The notes under the pieces are model-generated. The model did no database searches. It was not told the DNA's origin and worked only from the letters and a program-made list of their open reading frames with translations. Below, piece after piece: positions 38,206-48,611 of a stretch of 64,000 bases of DNA. Each line of letters begins with the position of its first letter. Position 1 is the first letter of the stretch. A program made the translations under genes and the position numbers. This stretch comes from an uncultured Collinsella sp. (GTDB lineage: Bacteria > Actinomycetota > Coriobacteriia > Coriobacteriales > Coriobacteriaceae): NCBI GenBank assembly GCA_902466735.1, contig CABQSB010000009.1, positions 21,352-85,351 on the forward strand, in the 5' to 3' direction.

Positions 38206-38356
38206 CTCCCGAGCACGGCGGAGGGCCGGAGAAATATATTAAGGTCCCTGCTCTACAGTCCTGCGCAAGACGGAGAGCACATTAAGTGCTCTCCTTTGCG
38301 TGCGGAACTCGCGATGACCTTAATATATTTCTCCGGCCCTCCGCCGTGCTCGGGAG
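38206..38356 (+). repeat. Copy 2 of the structured element: 68-nt conserved core flanked by a perfect 41-bp inverted repeat
   Basis: CTCCCGAGCACGGCGGAGGGCCGGAGAAATATATTAAGGTC, then core with GGAGAGCAC ATTAA GTGCTCTCC, then the exact reverse complement of the flank. About 270 nt upstream of rplC. rpsJ is absent at this position. Confidence 0.85.
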
Positions 38357-38393
38357 ACGACACGTTGATGTCTGCTTAACTCTGCTCGCTCAG

Positions 38394-39020
38394 CTAATTA
38401 CTTTGTTGAGGATCGATGATTTGCTGCAAGATAAACTTGGATTGGGGCGCGTCGCCTTCTTCTCCCGACTTTTCCTCTTCGAAATCGAAAATCATGATGG
38501 CGCAATTGGGGAGTTTTGCTGGGAGTTCGAAACCCTCTGGGGCTGCAGCCTTGATGAATTGGCGGCTGGCGCTGCCGTGGCTTACTGCTAGGAGGGTTTC
38601 GATGCCCTCGGCGCCCATGAGATTGGTGAGGGTACCTACCATGCGTTCTTGCAGTGCGCGGCTTCCTTCTCCTCCGAAGGGGACCAGGTCCTCGCCCGGG
38701 TCCCAGACATCGGTGGGCAGGGCGTCGTGGGGGCCTTCTTCGAAGGCGCCGTAGCAGCGCTCGATGATGCCTTCGCAGGGGTCGACGGCAGCGTCCGGGC
38801 CGAGGAGTTCGGTAGCGACGAGCTGAGCTGTATCCATGGCCCGGCCTAAGGGTGATGAGACCACTTTGTCGGGGACGACGCCGTGGGCTTTGAGCCACGC
38901 GGCTGCCATTCCCGCTTGTTTACGGCCCAGGTCGGTTAACGGTGAATCGCAGCGGCCCTGGACCAGCTTTTTGACGTTGAATTCTGTCTGGCCGTGGCGG
39001 AGTAGATATAGACGCTTCAT
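38394..39020 (-). CDS. histidine phosphatase family protein (phosphoglycerate-mutase-like)
   Basis: RHG catalytic motif at the N-terminus (LLRHGQTEFN). 208 aa. Confidence 0.8.
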   Translation of the reverse strand: MKRLYLLRHGQTEFNVKKLVQGRCDSPLTDLGRKQAGMAAAWLKAHGVVPDKVVSSPLGRAMDTAQLVATELLGPDAAVDPCEGIIERCYGAFEEGPHDALPTDVWDPGEDLVPFGGEGSRALQERMVGTLTNLMGAEGIETLLAVSHGSASRQFIKAAAPEGFELPAKLPNCAIMIFDFEEEKSGEEGDAPQSKFILQQIIDPQQSN

Positions 39021-39059
39021 GCTCTCCCCTTCTGTATAACTTGCTTTACCGGCTCAGCC

Positions 39060-40214
39060 CTACTCGTGGGTATGGTCTACGTAGTCTTCGTCGATCGTGA
39101 TCTTGGCAATCGACTTGGGATATTCGGATTCGACACGTTTCGCCAACGCGCGCTTTAGGTCCTCGGCGCTCATCGCCAAATCCGAGGGACGTACGCAGTC
39201 AAAGATCACGTTAGTATGCGTGGGACCCGGAACACAGCGCAGGTCGTGAATCGAAAGGCGGCTATCGATCTCTTGAACCATAGCGTTGATGCGCAGACGC
39301 ATGCTCGCCACTTTGGGGTCGTCGGTCACGATGGGATCGTAATGGAGCGTGACGATCATTCCGTCTTCGTTTCTAAACGACTGCTCGATGTTATCGAGCG
39401 TGTCGTGACTTTCCAGCGGGCTGGCCTCGGCTGCCATCTCGGCGTGAGCGCTTGCGAACTTCCTGCCCGGGCCGTAGTCGTGAACCATCAGATCGTGGAC
39501 GCCCAAAACGCCGGGGTAGCTCATGATCTTGTCTCGAATGTGCTTAACCAGCTTAGGATCGGGCGCCTGGCCCAAAAGCGGGCTCACCGTATCCTGGATG
39601 AGTTCAAAGCCGCTCCAGCCAATATAGGCGCCAACGGCAAGGCCGACCCATGCATCAAGATTGATGTGCGTCACCTGCGAAACAATTGCGCACGCCAGCA
39701 CAGCACCCGTGGCTAGGACATCGTTCTTTGAGTCCTGAGCGGTCGCATGCAGCGTCTCGGACTCAATACGATCGCCGAGCTTTTGGTTGAGGGCCGCCAT
39801 CCACAGCTTAACGACCATCGAAAGCGCAAGGACTGCCACCAGGGCAAGCGAGAACTCGACAGGTTCGGGGTGGATGATGCGCTCCACCGAGGACTTTACC
39901 AGTTCGAGGCCAATGAGCAGCACGAGCGCCGCCACGACTAGACCCGAGAGGTACTCGTAGCGACCGTGGCCGTAAGGATGCTCGGGGTCGGCCGGCTTGG
40001 TCGCCAGCTTAAAGCCCAGCACGCTCACGATATTCGAGCTGGCATCGGACAGGTTGTTCATGGCATCTGCCACGATCGAAACCGAACCCGACAGCACGCC
40101 AATTGCACCCTTCGCAGCGCATAGTGCCACATTGGCGAGAATACACACCATGCCCGTCAACGTACCCACGCGTGCACGGTCGCCCTGCGCACGCTTAACA
40201 ATCCACTCGACCAT
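39060..40214 (-). CDS. cation diffusion facilitator (CDF) family divalent-metal efflux transporter
   Basis: 384 aa. Six predicted TM helices and a cytoplasmic C-terminal domain. Conserved CDF HxxxD-type motifs in TM2/TM5. Confidence 0.8.
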   Translation of the reverse strand: MVEWIVKRAQGDRARVGTLTGMVCILANVALCAAKGAIGVLSGSVSIVADAMNNLSDASSNIVSVLGFKLATKPADPEHPYGHGRYEYLSGLVVAALVLLIGLELVKSSVERIIHPEPVEFSLALVAVLALSMVVKLWMAALNQKLGDRIESETLHATAQDSKNDVLATGAVLACAIVSQVTHINLDAWVGLAVGAYIGWSGFELIQDTVSPLLGQAPDPKLVKHIRDKIMSYPGVLGVHDLMVHDYGPGRKFASAHAEMAAEASPLESHDTLDNIEQSFRNEDGMIVTLHYDPIVTDDPKVASMRLRINAMVQEIDSRLSIHDLRCVPGPTHTNVIFDCVRPSDLAMSAEDLKRALAKRVESEYPKSIAKITIDEDYVDHTHE

Positions 40215-40364
40215 CTATATCCGCCCCCACGGTACTACCTATATATCTATTGCTCAAACGGATTGTAGTGTAGCCACTTTGCCCCACAGATACAAAAAGG
40301 CCGCAACCCACACGGGCCACGACCTTGGAACATGACAAAGGAATCGTCCTTTTGTCGCACAGGT

Positions 40365-41582
40365 TTATACGCTTGCTTCAGCAGCGCTCGCCACTGTTTC
40401 GGGCGAATCGACTTCGTCTTCTGCCGCCCGCCCCCTCGCCGACACCACGCCAAAGCAGTAGCTCAGCGCCGCAGACACCGCAAATGCCACACCGCCGGCA
40501 GCGCAGCACCACAGCAGGTTCGAGATACCGCCCGTGGCAAAGCCAATGACCATGAGGACATTCGTCATGCCGATGGTATAGGCCGTAACGTGGCCCACGG
40601 CCGCAACAAGGCCTCCGACGGCGCCGCCGATGGCCATGCACGTCAGGCACCTGCCATATTTGAAGCCGCAACCGTACAGCGCCGGCTCGCTTACGCCGCC
40701 AAGAACGCCCGAGATTGAATAGCCCAGCATGAGCGCCTTCTCGTCCTTATCCGCAACGCGGAGCGACGCGCCAAAGGGCATGCCCCAAACGGCGAACGTT
40801 GCCATCGTCGCGGCGATCAGGATGCACGAATCCGTTCCCACACTCATAAACTGCGCATAGGCGAGCGATAGGACAACGTTGCTGACGCCCGCGATCTTAA
40901 GAAACTCCCAGCCCGCGGCAAGCCCCATGAGCGTGAGCAGCGACACGATGCCACCGGAATTGCCAAGCATAAACATAAGCTGGCCCAACAGCATGCCCAG
41001 ATAGCTGCCCGCCGGCGCCGTAATACACAGCGAAACCGGAACCATAACGAGCATGGTTGCAAACGGAACGAACGAAAACGCCACGGCCTGAGGGATAACG
41101 CGCCGAAAGAAACACTCCACTCGCCATAGCACGGGCACCGAGATGAGAACCGGGATAACAGTTGTCGTGTAATCGTTGACCGGCGCGGGAAGCAGGCCAT
41201 ACACGGAAGTCATCGATGCCCCCGTCGTCGATGCGGCATCGACGAGCTTAAGCAGATCGGGCGCAATCAATACGCCGCCCAGCATCATGCCCAGCTGCTC
41301 CGAGCAACCGAGCTGGCGGGCAGCCGCCCAACCAAGATAAATGGGCAAAAAGTAGTAGCCGGCGTTATAGAGCCAACTGTAGAACAGGCGATAGATTTCG
41401 GAATCGGCAGACCACAGGCCCAGCATGCCTTCGCCCATAATGACGGCGACGGTACGGAGCAACGCCGCGCAGACAATAAACGGCAGCGCCGACATCATGC
41501 TTTTGGACAGATAGTCCACCACGGCCATGGCGTTTGATGAGACCGTCGTTGTAAACGAGGTGTTAGAAACTTGTGACATGGA
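40365..41582 (-). CDS. PTS EIIC-domain membrane protein (glucose-superfamily IIC-like), without fused IIB or IIA
   Basis: Start trimmed to MSQVSNTS (GGAAAGG RBS). Polytopic. GVSEPALYG resembles the EIIC GITEP motif. Family-level call only. Confidence 0.45.
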   Translation of the reverse strand, partial: SMSQVSNTSFTTTVSSNAMAVVDYLSKSMMSALPFIVCAALLRTVAVIMGEGMLGLWSADSEIYRLFYSWLYNAGYYFLPIYLGWAAARQLGCSEQLGMMLGGVLIAPDLLKLVDAASTTGASMTSVYGLLPAPVNDYTTTVIPVLISVPVLWRVECFFRRVIPQAVAFSFVPFATMLVMVPVSLCITAPAGSYLGMLLGQLMFMLGNSGGIVSLLTLMGLAAGWEFLKIAGVSNVVLSLAYAQFMSVGTDSCILIAATMATFAVWGMPFGASLRVADKDEKALMLGYSISGVLGGVSEPALYGCGFKYGRCLTCMAIGGAVGGLVAAVGHVTAYTIGMTNVLMVIGFATGGISNLLWCCAAGGVAFAVSAALSYCFGVVSARGRAAEDEVDSPETVASAAEASV

Positions 41583-41619
41583 ACGCCTTTCCCAATGTGA
41601 CATGCGGACTGTCCCTTTG

Positions 41620-43344
41620 TCACATCGTGCGGTACTGACCGATTGCGCGGTACTTTTCGTAGCGGAGGTTTGTGAGGGTCGCGTCGTCGAGCTGCCCAAG
41701 CGTATAGAAGGCATCAAATGCCGAGGACATGACGGCACCGGCGATCTCCTCATGCGACAGGCCCCTATCGTCAACAATGCCGTCGATGATGCCGAGCGCC
41801 AACAGATCGGGGGCCGTGAGCTTAAGCGCCTCGGCGGCCTCATTCGCGCGCTCGGTATCCTTCCACAGGATCGATGCACAGGCCTCGGGGCTCACGACCG
41901 AATAGGCCGAGCTCGAGAGCATCAGGATGCGGTCGGCCACGGACAGCGCCAGCGCGCCACCAGAGCCGCCCTCGCCTGTCACCACCGAGACGATCGGCGT
42001 CTTAAGGCCGCTCATCTCCATAAGATTCTGGGCAATCGCCTCGCCCTGGCCGCGCTCCTCGGCACCGATGCCGCAAAACGCGCCCGAAGTATCAACCAGG
42101 CACAGAACCGGTCGACCAAACTTTTCGGCCTGGCGCATAAGGCGACGCGCTTTGCGGTAGCCCTCGGGATGCGCCATGCCAAAGTTGCGGCGCATACGCT
42201 CTTTGGTCGTGGTGCCGCGCTCGATGGCGATAACCGTCACGGGACGTCCGTCTTTCCAGCCAATGCCACCCACCACGGCGGCATCGTCACCAAAGTAACG
42301 GTCGCCATGCAGCTCCACAAATCCGTCCAAGCCCAGCGAGATCATCTCGCCCGCCGTGGCACGATCTGCCGAGCGGGTCTGCTTGACAATCTCGAGCGCG
42401 GTTTTTGGCGCGGCCGTGCGCTTAAACAAGTGCCCAAGCTTTTTGCCGCGGCGACCCGTATGCACGATCTCATGCGGTGCCCCCATGCCGGGCGCGTGCC
42501 CTTCGTGCAGCGCCAGCAGCTCGCCTACCGTGAGCGCAATCTCGCCACGCGGAACAACGGCATCGCAAAAGCCGTGCTCCAGCAAAAACTCTGAGCGCTG
42601 GAATCCCTTGGGCAGGCGCTTGTGCATGTTCTGCTCGATCACGCGCGGGCCGGCAAATGCCGTCAGGGCATCGGGCTCGGCCAGGATAATGTCGCCCTCC
42701 ATGGCAAAGCTCGCGGTTACACCTCCGGTCGTGGGATCGGTGAGCACCGTGATATACAGGCCGCCCGCCTCGCTGTGGCGCCTAACCGCCGCAGAAATCT
42801 TGGCCATCTGCATGAGCGAGGTCACGCCCTCCTGCATGCGGGCGCCGCCCGATACGGTAAAGCCAACGACCGGCAGCCCCAACTCGGCCGCGCGCTCAAA
42901 GACACGACAGATCTTCTCGCCCACCACGGAGCCCATTGAGCCCATCATAAAGTTGGCATCCATAAAGAAGAGCGCGGTATCGCAGCCGCAGATTTTGCCC
43001 CTGCCGCACACAACGGCATCGCGCTCGCCCGAACGCTCGCTCACGCTCTTAAGCTTGTCGGCATAACCGGGAAACGAGAGGAAGTCCTTCGACGCCAGAT
43101 TGGCATCCCATTCCTCAAAGGTACCCGCGTCGACCGTCATGCGCATGCGCGCGCGACCGCTCACGCGAAAGTGTTTGCCGCAACGAGGGCAGACCTCCAG
43201 GTTGTCGTGCAGGCGCGCCTCATCGATCACACGGCGGCACTCCGGGCACTTGATAAACACGTGGCGCGCGGGAAACTCGGCGCACGACTCGGCCATCGGC
43301 CCCTCGAGGACGTTGACCGTCTTCGCTTTTCTATTCATCAGCAT
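41620..43344 (-). CDS. accD: acetyl-CoA carboxylase carboxyltransferase, fused beta (AccD) and alpha (AccA) subunits
   Basis: 574 aa. N-terminal C4 zinc ribbon (CPECRR...CPRCGKH) of AccD, then the AccA-like half. Confidence 0.85.
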   Translation of the reverse strand: MLMNRKAKTVNVLEGPMAESCAEFPARHVFIKCPECRRVIDEARLHDNLEVCPRCGKHFRVSGRARMRMTVDAGTFEEWDANLASKDFLSFPGYADKLKSVSERSGERDAVVCGRGKICGCDTALFFMDANFMMGSMGSVVGEKICRVFERAAELGLPVVGFTVSGGARMQEGVTSLMQMAKISAAVRRHSEAGGLYITVLTDPTTGGVTASFAMEGDIILAEPDALTAFAGPRVIEQNMHKRLPKGFQRSEFLLEHGFCDAVVPRGEIALTVGELLALHEGHAPGMGAPHEIVHTGRRGKKLGHLFKRTAAPKTALEIVKQTRSADRATAGEMISLGLDGFVELHGDRYFGDDAAVVGGIGWKDGRPVTVIAIERGTTTKERMRRNFGMAHPEGYRKARRLMRQAEKFGRPVLCLVDTSGAFCGIGAEERGQGEAIAQNLMEMSGLKTPIVSVVTGEGGSGGALALSVADRILMLSSSAYSVVSPEACASILWKDTERANEAAEALKLTAPDLLALGIIDGIVDDRGLSHEEIAGAVMSSAFDAFYTLGQLDDATLTNLRYEKYRAIGQYRTM

Positions 43345-44674
43345 AGAGATGCCCCATCAGATCGGTGTGGTACATGCCCGACAAGAACTCATCGTTTGCC
43401 AGCACGTCGAGCTGCAGTTCGCTGTTTTCGCTCACGCCCTCAATCACGAGCTCGCCCAGGGCCGTGCGCATCTTGCGAATAGCGCCGTCACGCGTGGGCG
43501 CGCACACGATGAGCTTGCCGAGCATGGAGTCGTAGTACGGCGGAACGTTCGCACCGGTAAACATGGCGGAATCCCAGCGCACGCGCGGACCACCCGGCAC
43601 ACGCAACGCGGTGACCGTTCCGCATGACGGCAGAAAGTCCGGCGTTTCGGCATTGATGCGGCACTCCATGGCGTGGTTGCGAACCGGCATGTCCTCCTGC
43701 TCAAAGGGCAGAGGCTGGCCGGCTGCCACGCGCAGCTGCCACTTGACCAAGTCGGTATCGGTCACAAACTCCGTAACCGGATGCTCCACCTGCAAGCGCG
43801 TGTTCATTTCCATGAAGTAGAAATTGCCGTCGTCCGAATACAGGAACTCGATGGTACCGGCTCCTTCGTAGCCGACGGCACGAGCCAGGTCACGCGCTGC
43901 CTTGTGCATGCGAGCACGAATGTCGTCGCGTCCGTCGAGGCACGGCGCGGGGCTCTCCTCGATCAGCTTTTGGTTGCGACGCTGAACCGAGCACTCGCGC
44001 TCGCCGAGCGAAAACACATGGCCCTGCTTATCGGCCATAATCTGCACCTCAACGTGGTGCGCCGGCGCGACGAACTTCTCCATGTAGCACTCGCCGTCGC
44101 CAAAGACGGCCTCGCCCTCGGCACGTGCCTCGATGAACGCCTTTGCCGCATCTTCCACGCGCTCGACCTTGCGAATGCCGCGACCGCCACCGCCGGCGCG
44201 CGCCTTAATAAGCACGGGGCAGCCAATGCGCTCGGCCTCGGCCGTTGCCTCCTCGGGACTTTTGAGCAAATCGCAGCCCGGCACGATGGGCACGCCCGCC
44301 GCGGCGGCCGTTCGACGCGCGGCGTCCTTGTCGCCCATGCTGTCGATCACCTCGGCCGAAGGACCGACAAACGCCAGGCCATACTTGTCGCAGTCGCGCA
44401 CGAAGCTCGCCTTCTCGGAGAAAAAGCCATAGCCGGGATGAATTGCCTTTGCCCCCGACTTCACGGCACAGGTGAGCACGGCATCGTCGTTGAGGTAGCT
44501 CTCGGCAAGACGCGGGCCGCCGATGCAATACGCCTCGTCGGCAAGCTGCACGTGTAGCGCGTCCGCATCGGCCGTGGAATAAACGGCGACGGTCTTGATG
44601 CCCATATCGCGGCACGCGCGGATAACACGGACCGCGACTTCGCCGCGGTTGGCGATGAGCACTTTGTCGAACAT
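43331..44674 (-). CDS. accC: acetyl-CoA carboxylase biotin carboxylase subunit
   Basis: Start trimmed to MFDKVLIANRGEVAVRVIRA (AAGGAAGG RBS). ATP-grasp motifs. 447 aa. Confidence 0.93.
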   Translation of the reverse strand: MFDKVLIANRGEVAVRVIRACRDMGIKTVAVYSTADADALHVQLADEAYCIGGPRLAESYLNDDAVLTCAVKSGAKAIHPGYGFFSEKASFVRDCDKYGLAFVGPSAEVIDSMGDKDAARRTAAAAGVPIVPGCDLLKSPEEATAEAERIGCPVLIKARAGGGGRGIRKVERVEDAAKAFIEARAEGEAVFGDGECYMEKFVAPAHHVEVQIMADKQGHVFSLGERECSVQRRNQKLIEESPAPCLDGRDDIRARMHKAARDLARAVGYEGAGTIEFLYSDDGNFYFMEMNTRLQVEHPVTEFVTDTDLVKWQLRVAAGQPLPFEQEDMPVRNHAMECRINAETPDFLPSCGTVTALRVPGGPRVRWDSAMFTGANVPPYYDSMLGKLIVCAPTRDGAIRKMRTALGELVIEGVSENSELQLDVLANDEFLSGMYHTDLMGHLYADE

Positions 44675-44684
44675 GGAGCCTTCC

Positions 44685-45116
44685 TTAACTTTCGTGCATG
44701 AGTGCAAAAGACATATCGGCGCGGCAGCAAACCTCACCGTTGACGCTCGCAGTACCCGTCGCAAAGCGGAACGGCCCGCGCGCACGCGTGATGGAGCACA
44801 CCAGATCCACCGTGTCGCCCGGGCGCACCGGACGCTTAAAGCGCACCTTGTCCAGACTCGTGTAGAACGGCGTCGCGCCGCGCGCCTCCTCATCGCCCAT
44901 CAGCAGCACGCAGCAGTTCTGGGCGAGCATCTCGCACTGAATCACGCCGGGAACGACCGGGTTTCCCGGAAAATGTCCCTGCAAAAAGTACTCGTCGCCT
45001 GTAATCGTGATCTTGCCGTGGGCCTCGTCGCCCACCAGCTCGGCTTCGTCGAGCAAAAGCATCGGCTCGCGATGCGGTAACAGCTTCTTGAGCTCTTCTT
45101 TGTTCATGGATATCAC
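44685..45116 (-). CDS. fabZ: 3-hydroxyacyl-ACP dehydratase FabZ
   Basis: LPHREPMLLLD...GHFPGNPVVPGV hot-dog fold signature. Confidence 0.92.
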   Translation of the reverse strand: MISMNKEELKKLLPHREPMLLLDEAELVGDEAHGKITITGDEYFLQGHFPGNPVVPGVIQCEMLAQNCCVLLMGDEEARGATPFYTSLDKVRFKRPVRPGDTVDLVCSITRARGPFRFATGTASVNGEVCCRADMSFALMHES

Positions 45117-45590
45117 CTATCCGATCCTCATGAGGCAGCTGCCAAACTCCACGAGGTCGCCGTCGGCCACGCAGATCTCGAGCACCTCACCGTCTGCCTC
45201 GGCCGTCACCTCGTTGAGAACCTTCATGGCCTCGATGATGCAGAGGGTCTCGCCGGCCTTGACCTTGGAGCCCACGCGCACAAACGGCTCGTCGCCCGGC
45301 GCAGGGGCAGCATAGAAGACGCCCACCATGGGAGCAGTCACCTCGGTGCCCTTGGGCTCCGGCGCGGCGGCAGGTGTCTGCGTGGCGGGTTCCGGTGCGG
45401 CAGGCGCGACTGTGGGAGCTGCAACTTGAGCGGCCATGGCGCTCGGCATAGGCATGGGCACGGCAACCGGCTGCGCCACACTCGCGCGCTCGAGTTCGAC
45501 CGCGGTGCCATCGGGCTCCTCAACGCGTACGCGCGTGAGGCCGCGGTCCTCCATCACATCGGCTATCTCGGCAAGTCTTTTGGAATCCAT
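45117..45590 (-). CDS. accB: acetyl-CoA carboxylase biotin carboxyl carrier protein
   Basis: C-terminal biotinyl domain with EAMKV motif. Pro/Ala-rich linker. Confidence 0.92.
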   Translation of the reverse strand: MDSKRLAEIADVMEDRGLTRVRVEEPDGTAVELERASVAQPVAVPMPMPSAMAAQVAAPTVAPAAPEPATQTPAAAPEPKGTEVTAPMVGVFYAAPAPGDEPFVRVGSKVKAGETLCIIEAMKVLNEVTAEADGEVLEICVADGDLVEFGSCLMRIG

Positions 45591-45593
45591 GCT

Positions 45594-46841
45594 CTAGCTC
45601 CTCGTATATCTACGCAGCGCGATGGCGGCGTTGTGCCCGCCAAAGCCCAGGTTGGTCGAAAGCGCCCAGGTAAGGTCGGCGCGAACCGCGCGATTGGGCG
45701 TGTAATCAAGATCGCAGGCGGGATCGGGCGTGTGGTAGTTAATGGTCGGCGGCACCACGCCCTGCTCGAGTGCCATGGCGCAGGCCATGACCTCAATGGC
45801 CCCCGTGGCACCGATCATGTGCCCCGTCATCGACTTGGTCGACGAGACATGTGCGGCGCGCGCCGCGTCCTCGCCGAGCGCCCGCTTAATGCCTGTCGTC
45901 TCGGACGAATCGTTGAGCTTGGTCGAGGTGCCGTGGGCGTTGATGTAGAGACCCTCGGAAGGCTTGACGTCGCCCTCGGCTACCGCCAGCGATATCGCGC
46001 GGGCAATGCCGGCAGCCTCGGGATCGGGACTCGTGATGTGATAGGCATCATCGGTGTTGCCGTAGCCCACGACCTCGGCATAAATGTGCGCACCGCGCGC
46101 CTGCGCATGTTCCATGCTCTCGAGTACCAGCACGCAAGCGCCCTCGCCCATCACAAAGCCGTCGCGGTCTGCATCGAACGGGCGGCAAGCCGTCGCAGGA
46201 TCGGGGTTGGTGGTCAATGCGCGGCAGGACGTAAAGCCTGCAACGGCATCGGGGATAATGGCCGCCTCGGCGCCGCCCGCGAGGATCGCGTCGGCATAGC
46301 CGTGCTTGATGGCGCGGAACGCCTCGCCCACCGCATGGGCCGAGGTCGCGCAAGCAGTCACGACTGGCAGGGTCGGTCCCTTTGCCTTGTGGCGGATCGC
46401 GATATTGCCCGAAGCCATGTTGGGGATCATCATCGCAATCATATAGGGCGATGCGCGGCGAGGTCCACGATCGGCGATCGTGTGGACGTTGTCGACGAGC
46501 GTCTGCATGCCGCCCACGCCCGAGCCCACGTAGACGCCCAGGCGCTCACGATCGATGGCGCCTTCGACATCAAAGCCCGCATCGTGCATTGCCTCGTCCG
46601 AAGCCACCAGCGCAAACTGAACGCAGGGGTCCAGATGCTTGGCGTCGCGCTTGCCAAAGTACTCGTTGCCGTCAAAGCCCTTGACTTCGGCCGCCACCTT
46701 GACGGTAAACGCATCGGTATCAAAGTGCGTGATCGGGCCGATGCCACAGGTCCCGGCGCACATGGCCGCCCAGGTGGCAAGCGCGGTGTTGCCGAGCGGC
46801 GATACGGCACCGATGCCGGTGATTGCAACTCTCTGTTCCAT
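45594..46841 (-). CDS. fabF: beta-ketoacyl-ACP synthase II
   Basis: Start trimmed to MEQRVAITGIG (GAGGAG RBS). KAS II pattern with active-site Cys region (ACATSAHAVG) and His-His. Confidence 0.92.
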   Translation of the reverse strand: MEQRVAITGIGAVSPLGNTALATWAAMCAGTCGIGPITHFDTDAFTVKVAAEVKGFDGNEYFGKRDAKHLDPCVQFALVASDEAMHDAGFDVEGAIDRERLGVYVGSGVGGMQTLVDNVHTIADRGPRRASPYMIAMMIPNMASGNIAIRHKAKGPTLPVVTACATSAHAVGEAFRAIKHGYADAILAGGAEAAIIPDAVAGFTSCRALTTNPDPATACRPFDADRDGFVMGEGACVLVLESMEHAQARGAHIYAEVVGYGNTDDAYHITSPDPEAAGIARAISLAVAEGDVKPSEGLYINAHGTSTKLNDSSETTGIKRALGEDAARAAHVSSTKSMTGHMIGATGAIEVMACAMALEQGVVPPTINYHTPDPACDLDYTPNRAVRADLTWALSTNLGFGGHNAAIALRRYTRS

Positions 46842-46880
46842 CATGGTCTCCTCATCCAAGCCGTTCTTCGGCCCTGGTTT

Positions 46881-47654
46881 CTACATCGCCATTCCGCCGT
46901 CGACGCGCACGACCTCGCCCGTAATGTAAGCAGCCGCATCGCTCGCTAAAAAGCGCACCACGCCGGCCACTTCCTCGGGACGTGCCATGCGCTTAAGGGG
47001 AATCTGTTCCTCGGTTGCCGCACGCACCTTCTCCGAGAGCTTTGCCGTCATATCTGTCTCGACAAACCCGGGAGCGACCGCGTTCGCTCGTACGCCACGA
47101 GGCGCAAGCTCGCGCGCCACCGCCTTGGTAAGCCCTATCACGCCCGCCTTGGAAGCAGCGTAGTTGGCTTGCCCGGCATTGCCCATCAGGCCCACGACCG
47201 AGCTCATGTTGACGACGCAACCGCCGCGTTGGCGCATAAAGGTCTTGGTGAGCGCGCGCGTCATATTGAATGTTCCCTTGAGATTGACATCGAGCACGCG
47301 ATCGAATGCGTCATCGCCCATGCGCATGAGCAGGCCATCGCGGGTGATGCCGGCGTTGTTGACGAGCGCCCAAATGGAACCAAAGTCGTTGAGGACCGCT
47401 TCCACGCACGCGTTGACAGCAGCGGGATCGGCCACGTCGCATTGATATGCGCGTGCCGTGGCGCCAACCGCCTCACAGGCTTCGCACGTCTTGCGCGCCG
47501 CATCGACGCTGCCGGCATAGACGACGGCGATATCAAAGCCGTCCTCCGCCAGACCGACAGCGCAGGCGCGGCCGATACCCCGCGAGCCGCCCGTGACCAG
47601 TGCCACGCGACGTGAGTCGTTGCGCTCGAGCGCGCCGTTGTTCAAGTTGCCCAT
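46881..47654 (-). CDS. fabG: 3-oxoacyl-ACP reductase
   Basis: SDR fold. TGGSRGIG cofactor motif. YxxxK (YAASK). Confidence 0.9.
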   Translation of the reverse strand: MGNLNNGALERNDSRRVALVTGGSRGIGRACAVGLAEDGFDIAVVYAGSVDAARKTCEACEAVGATARAYQCDVADPAAVNACVEAVLNDFGSIWALVNNAGITRDGLLMRMGDDAFDRVLDVNLKGTFNMTRALTKTFMRQRGGCVVNMSSVVGLMGNAGQANYAASKAGVIGLTKAVARELAPRGVRANAVAPGFVETDMTAKLSEKVRAATEEQIPLKRMARPEEVAGVVRFLASDAAAYITGEVVRVDGGMAM

Positions 47655-47684
47655 GTCATTCCTTTCGGGTTACAGCCCTGTGGA

Positions 47685-48611
47685 CTATGCGAGCTCGTCG
47701 GCAATAGCTGCGACCTGCTCGGCCGTTTCGCACGAATACACGCGAACGTCGCTCAGCGTACGCTTGACCAGGCCCGACAGCGTTTTGCCAGGGCCGACCT
47801 CAATAAACGTGTCGATGCCCTGATTCTGCAGAGTATGCAGCGTGTCGACCCAACGAACGGCATGACTCACCTGATTGGCCAAGACATCCGATGCCGCTCG
47901 CGGGTCCGCCGGATAGGGCGCCGCCGTCATGTTTGCCATGACCGGAATCAGCAGCGGTGACGGCGCGTGGCCGGCTTGGATATACGTCGCCAGCCCCTCA
48001 GTCGCCTCGGCCATATAGGGGTTATGAAATGCGCCCGACACCGCGACTTTCATAGCGCGGCCGCCAGCCTCTTTTACTAGGACGTCGAGCTCCTGCAGCG
48101 CCTCGGGCGCTCCGGCAACAACCGTCTGCTGCGGACTGTTGTAGTTGACCGGCCAGCAGTCCTCGCCGGCCTGTTTTGCCAGGTTCTCGACTTGCGCCGC
48201 ATCGAGCTTGATGACGGCGCGCATGCCGCCCGGATGGCGCTCGGCAGCCGCGGCCATCAGCGCCGCGCGCTCGCACACGAGCTCAAAGCCCGCTCGCGTA
48301 TCGAACGCCCCCGCAAAGGTGAGCGCGGCGACCTCGCCAAGCGAAAAACCCGCACAGGCGGCAGGTACCACGCCGCGCTCACGCAGGGCGGCAGCCGCTG
48401 CCAGATCGTGAACGAACACGCACGGCTGCGTGTTCTCGGTCTGCGAGAGCTCCTCCCTGGAGGCGCTCCGGCACTGCTCGCTGGTCCCCGGGCGCACCTC
48501 GTCGGCAATGGCGAACACCTCGGCGGCCGCCGGCGATGCCTCGATCAGGTCGACGCCCATCGCGGGGTGTTGGGCACCCTGGCCGGCAAACAGAAACGCT
48601 ACGCTACCCAT
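47685..48611 (-). CDS. fabD: malonyl-CoA:ACP transacylase
   Basis: FAGQGAQ N-terminus. GHSLG-type active site (GFSLGE). Confidence 0.92.
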   Translation of the reverse strand: MGSVAFLFAGQGAQHPAMGVDLIEASPAAAEVFAIADEVRPGTSEQCRSASREELSQTENTQPCVFVHDLAAAAALRERGVVPAACAGFSLGEVAALTFAGAFDTRAGFELVCERAALMAAAAERHPGGMRAVIKLDAAQVENLAKQAGEDCWPVNYNSPQQTVVAGAPEALQELDVLVKEAGGRAMKVAVSGAFHNPYMAEATEGLATYIQAGHAPSPLLIPVMANMTAAPYPADPRAASDVLANQVSHAVRWVDTLHTLQNQGIDTFIEVGPGKTLSGLVKRTLSDVRVYSCETAEQVAAIADELA

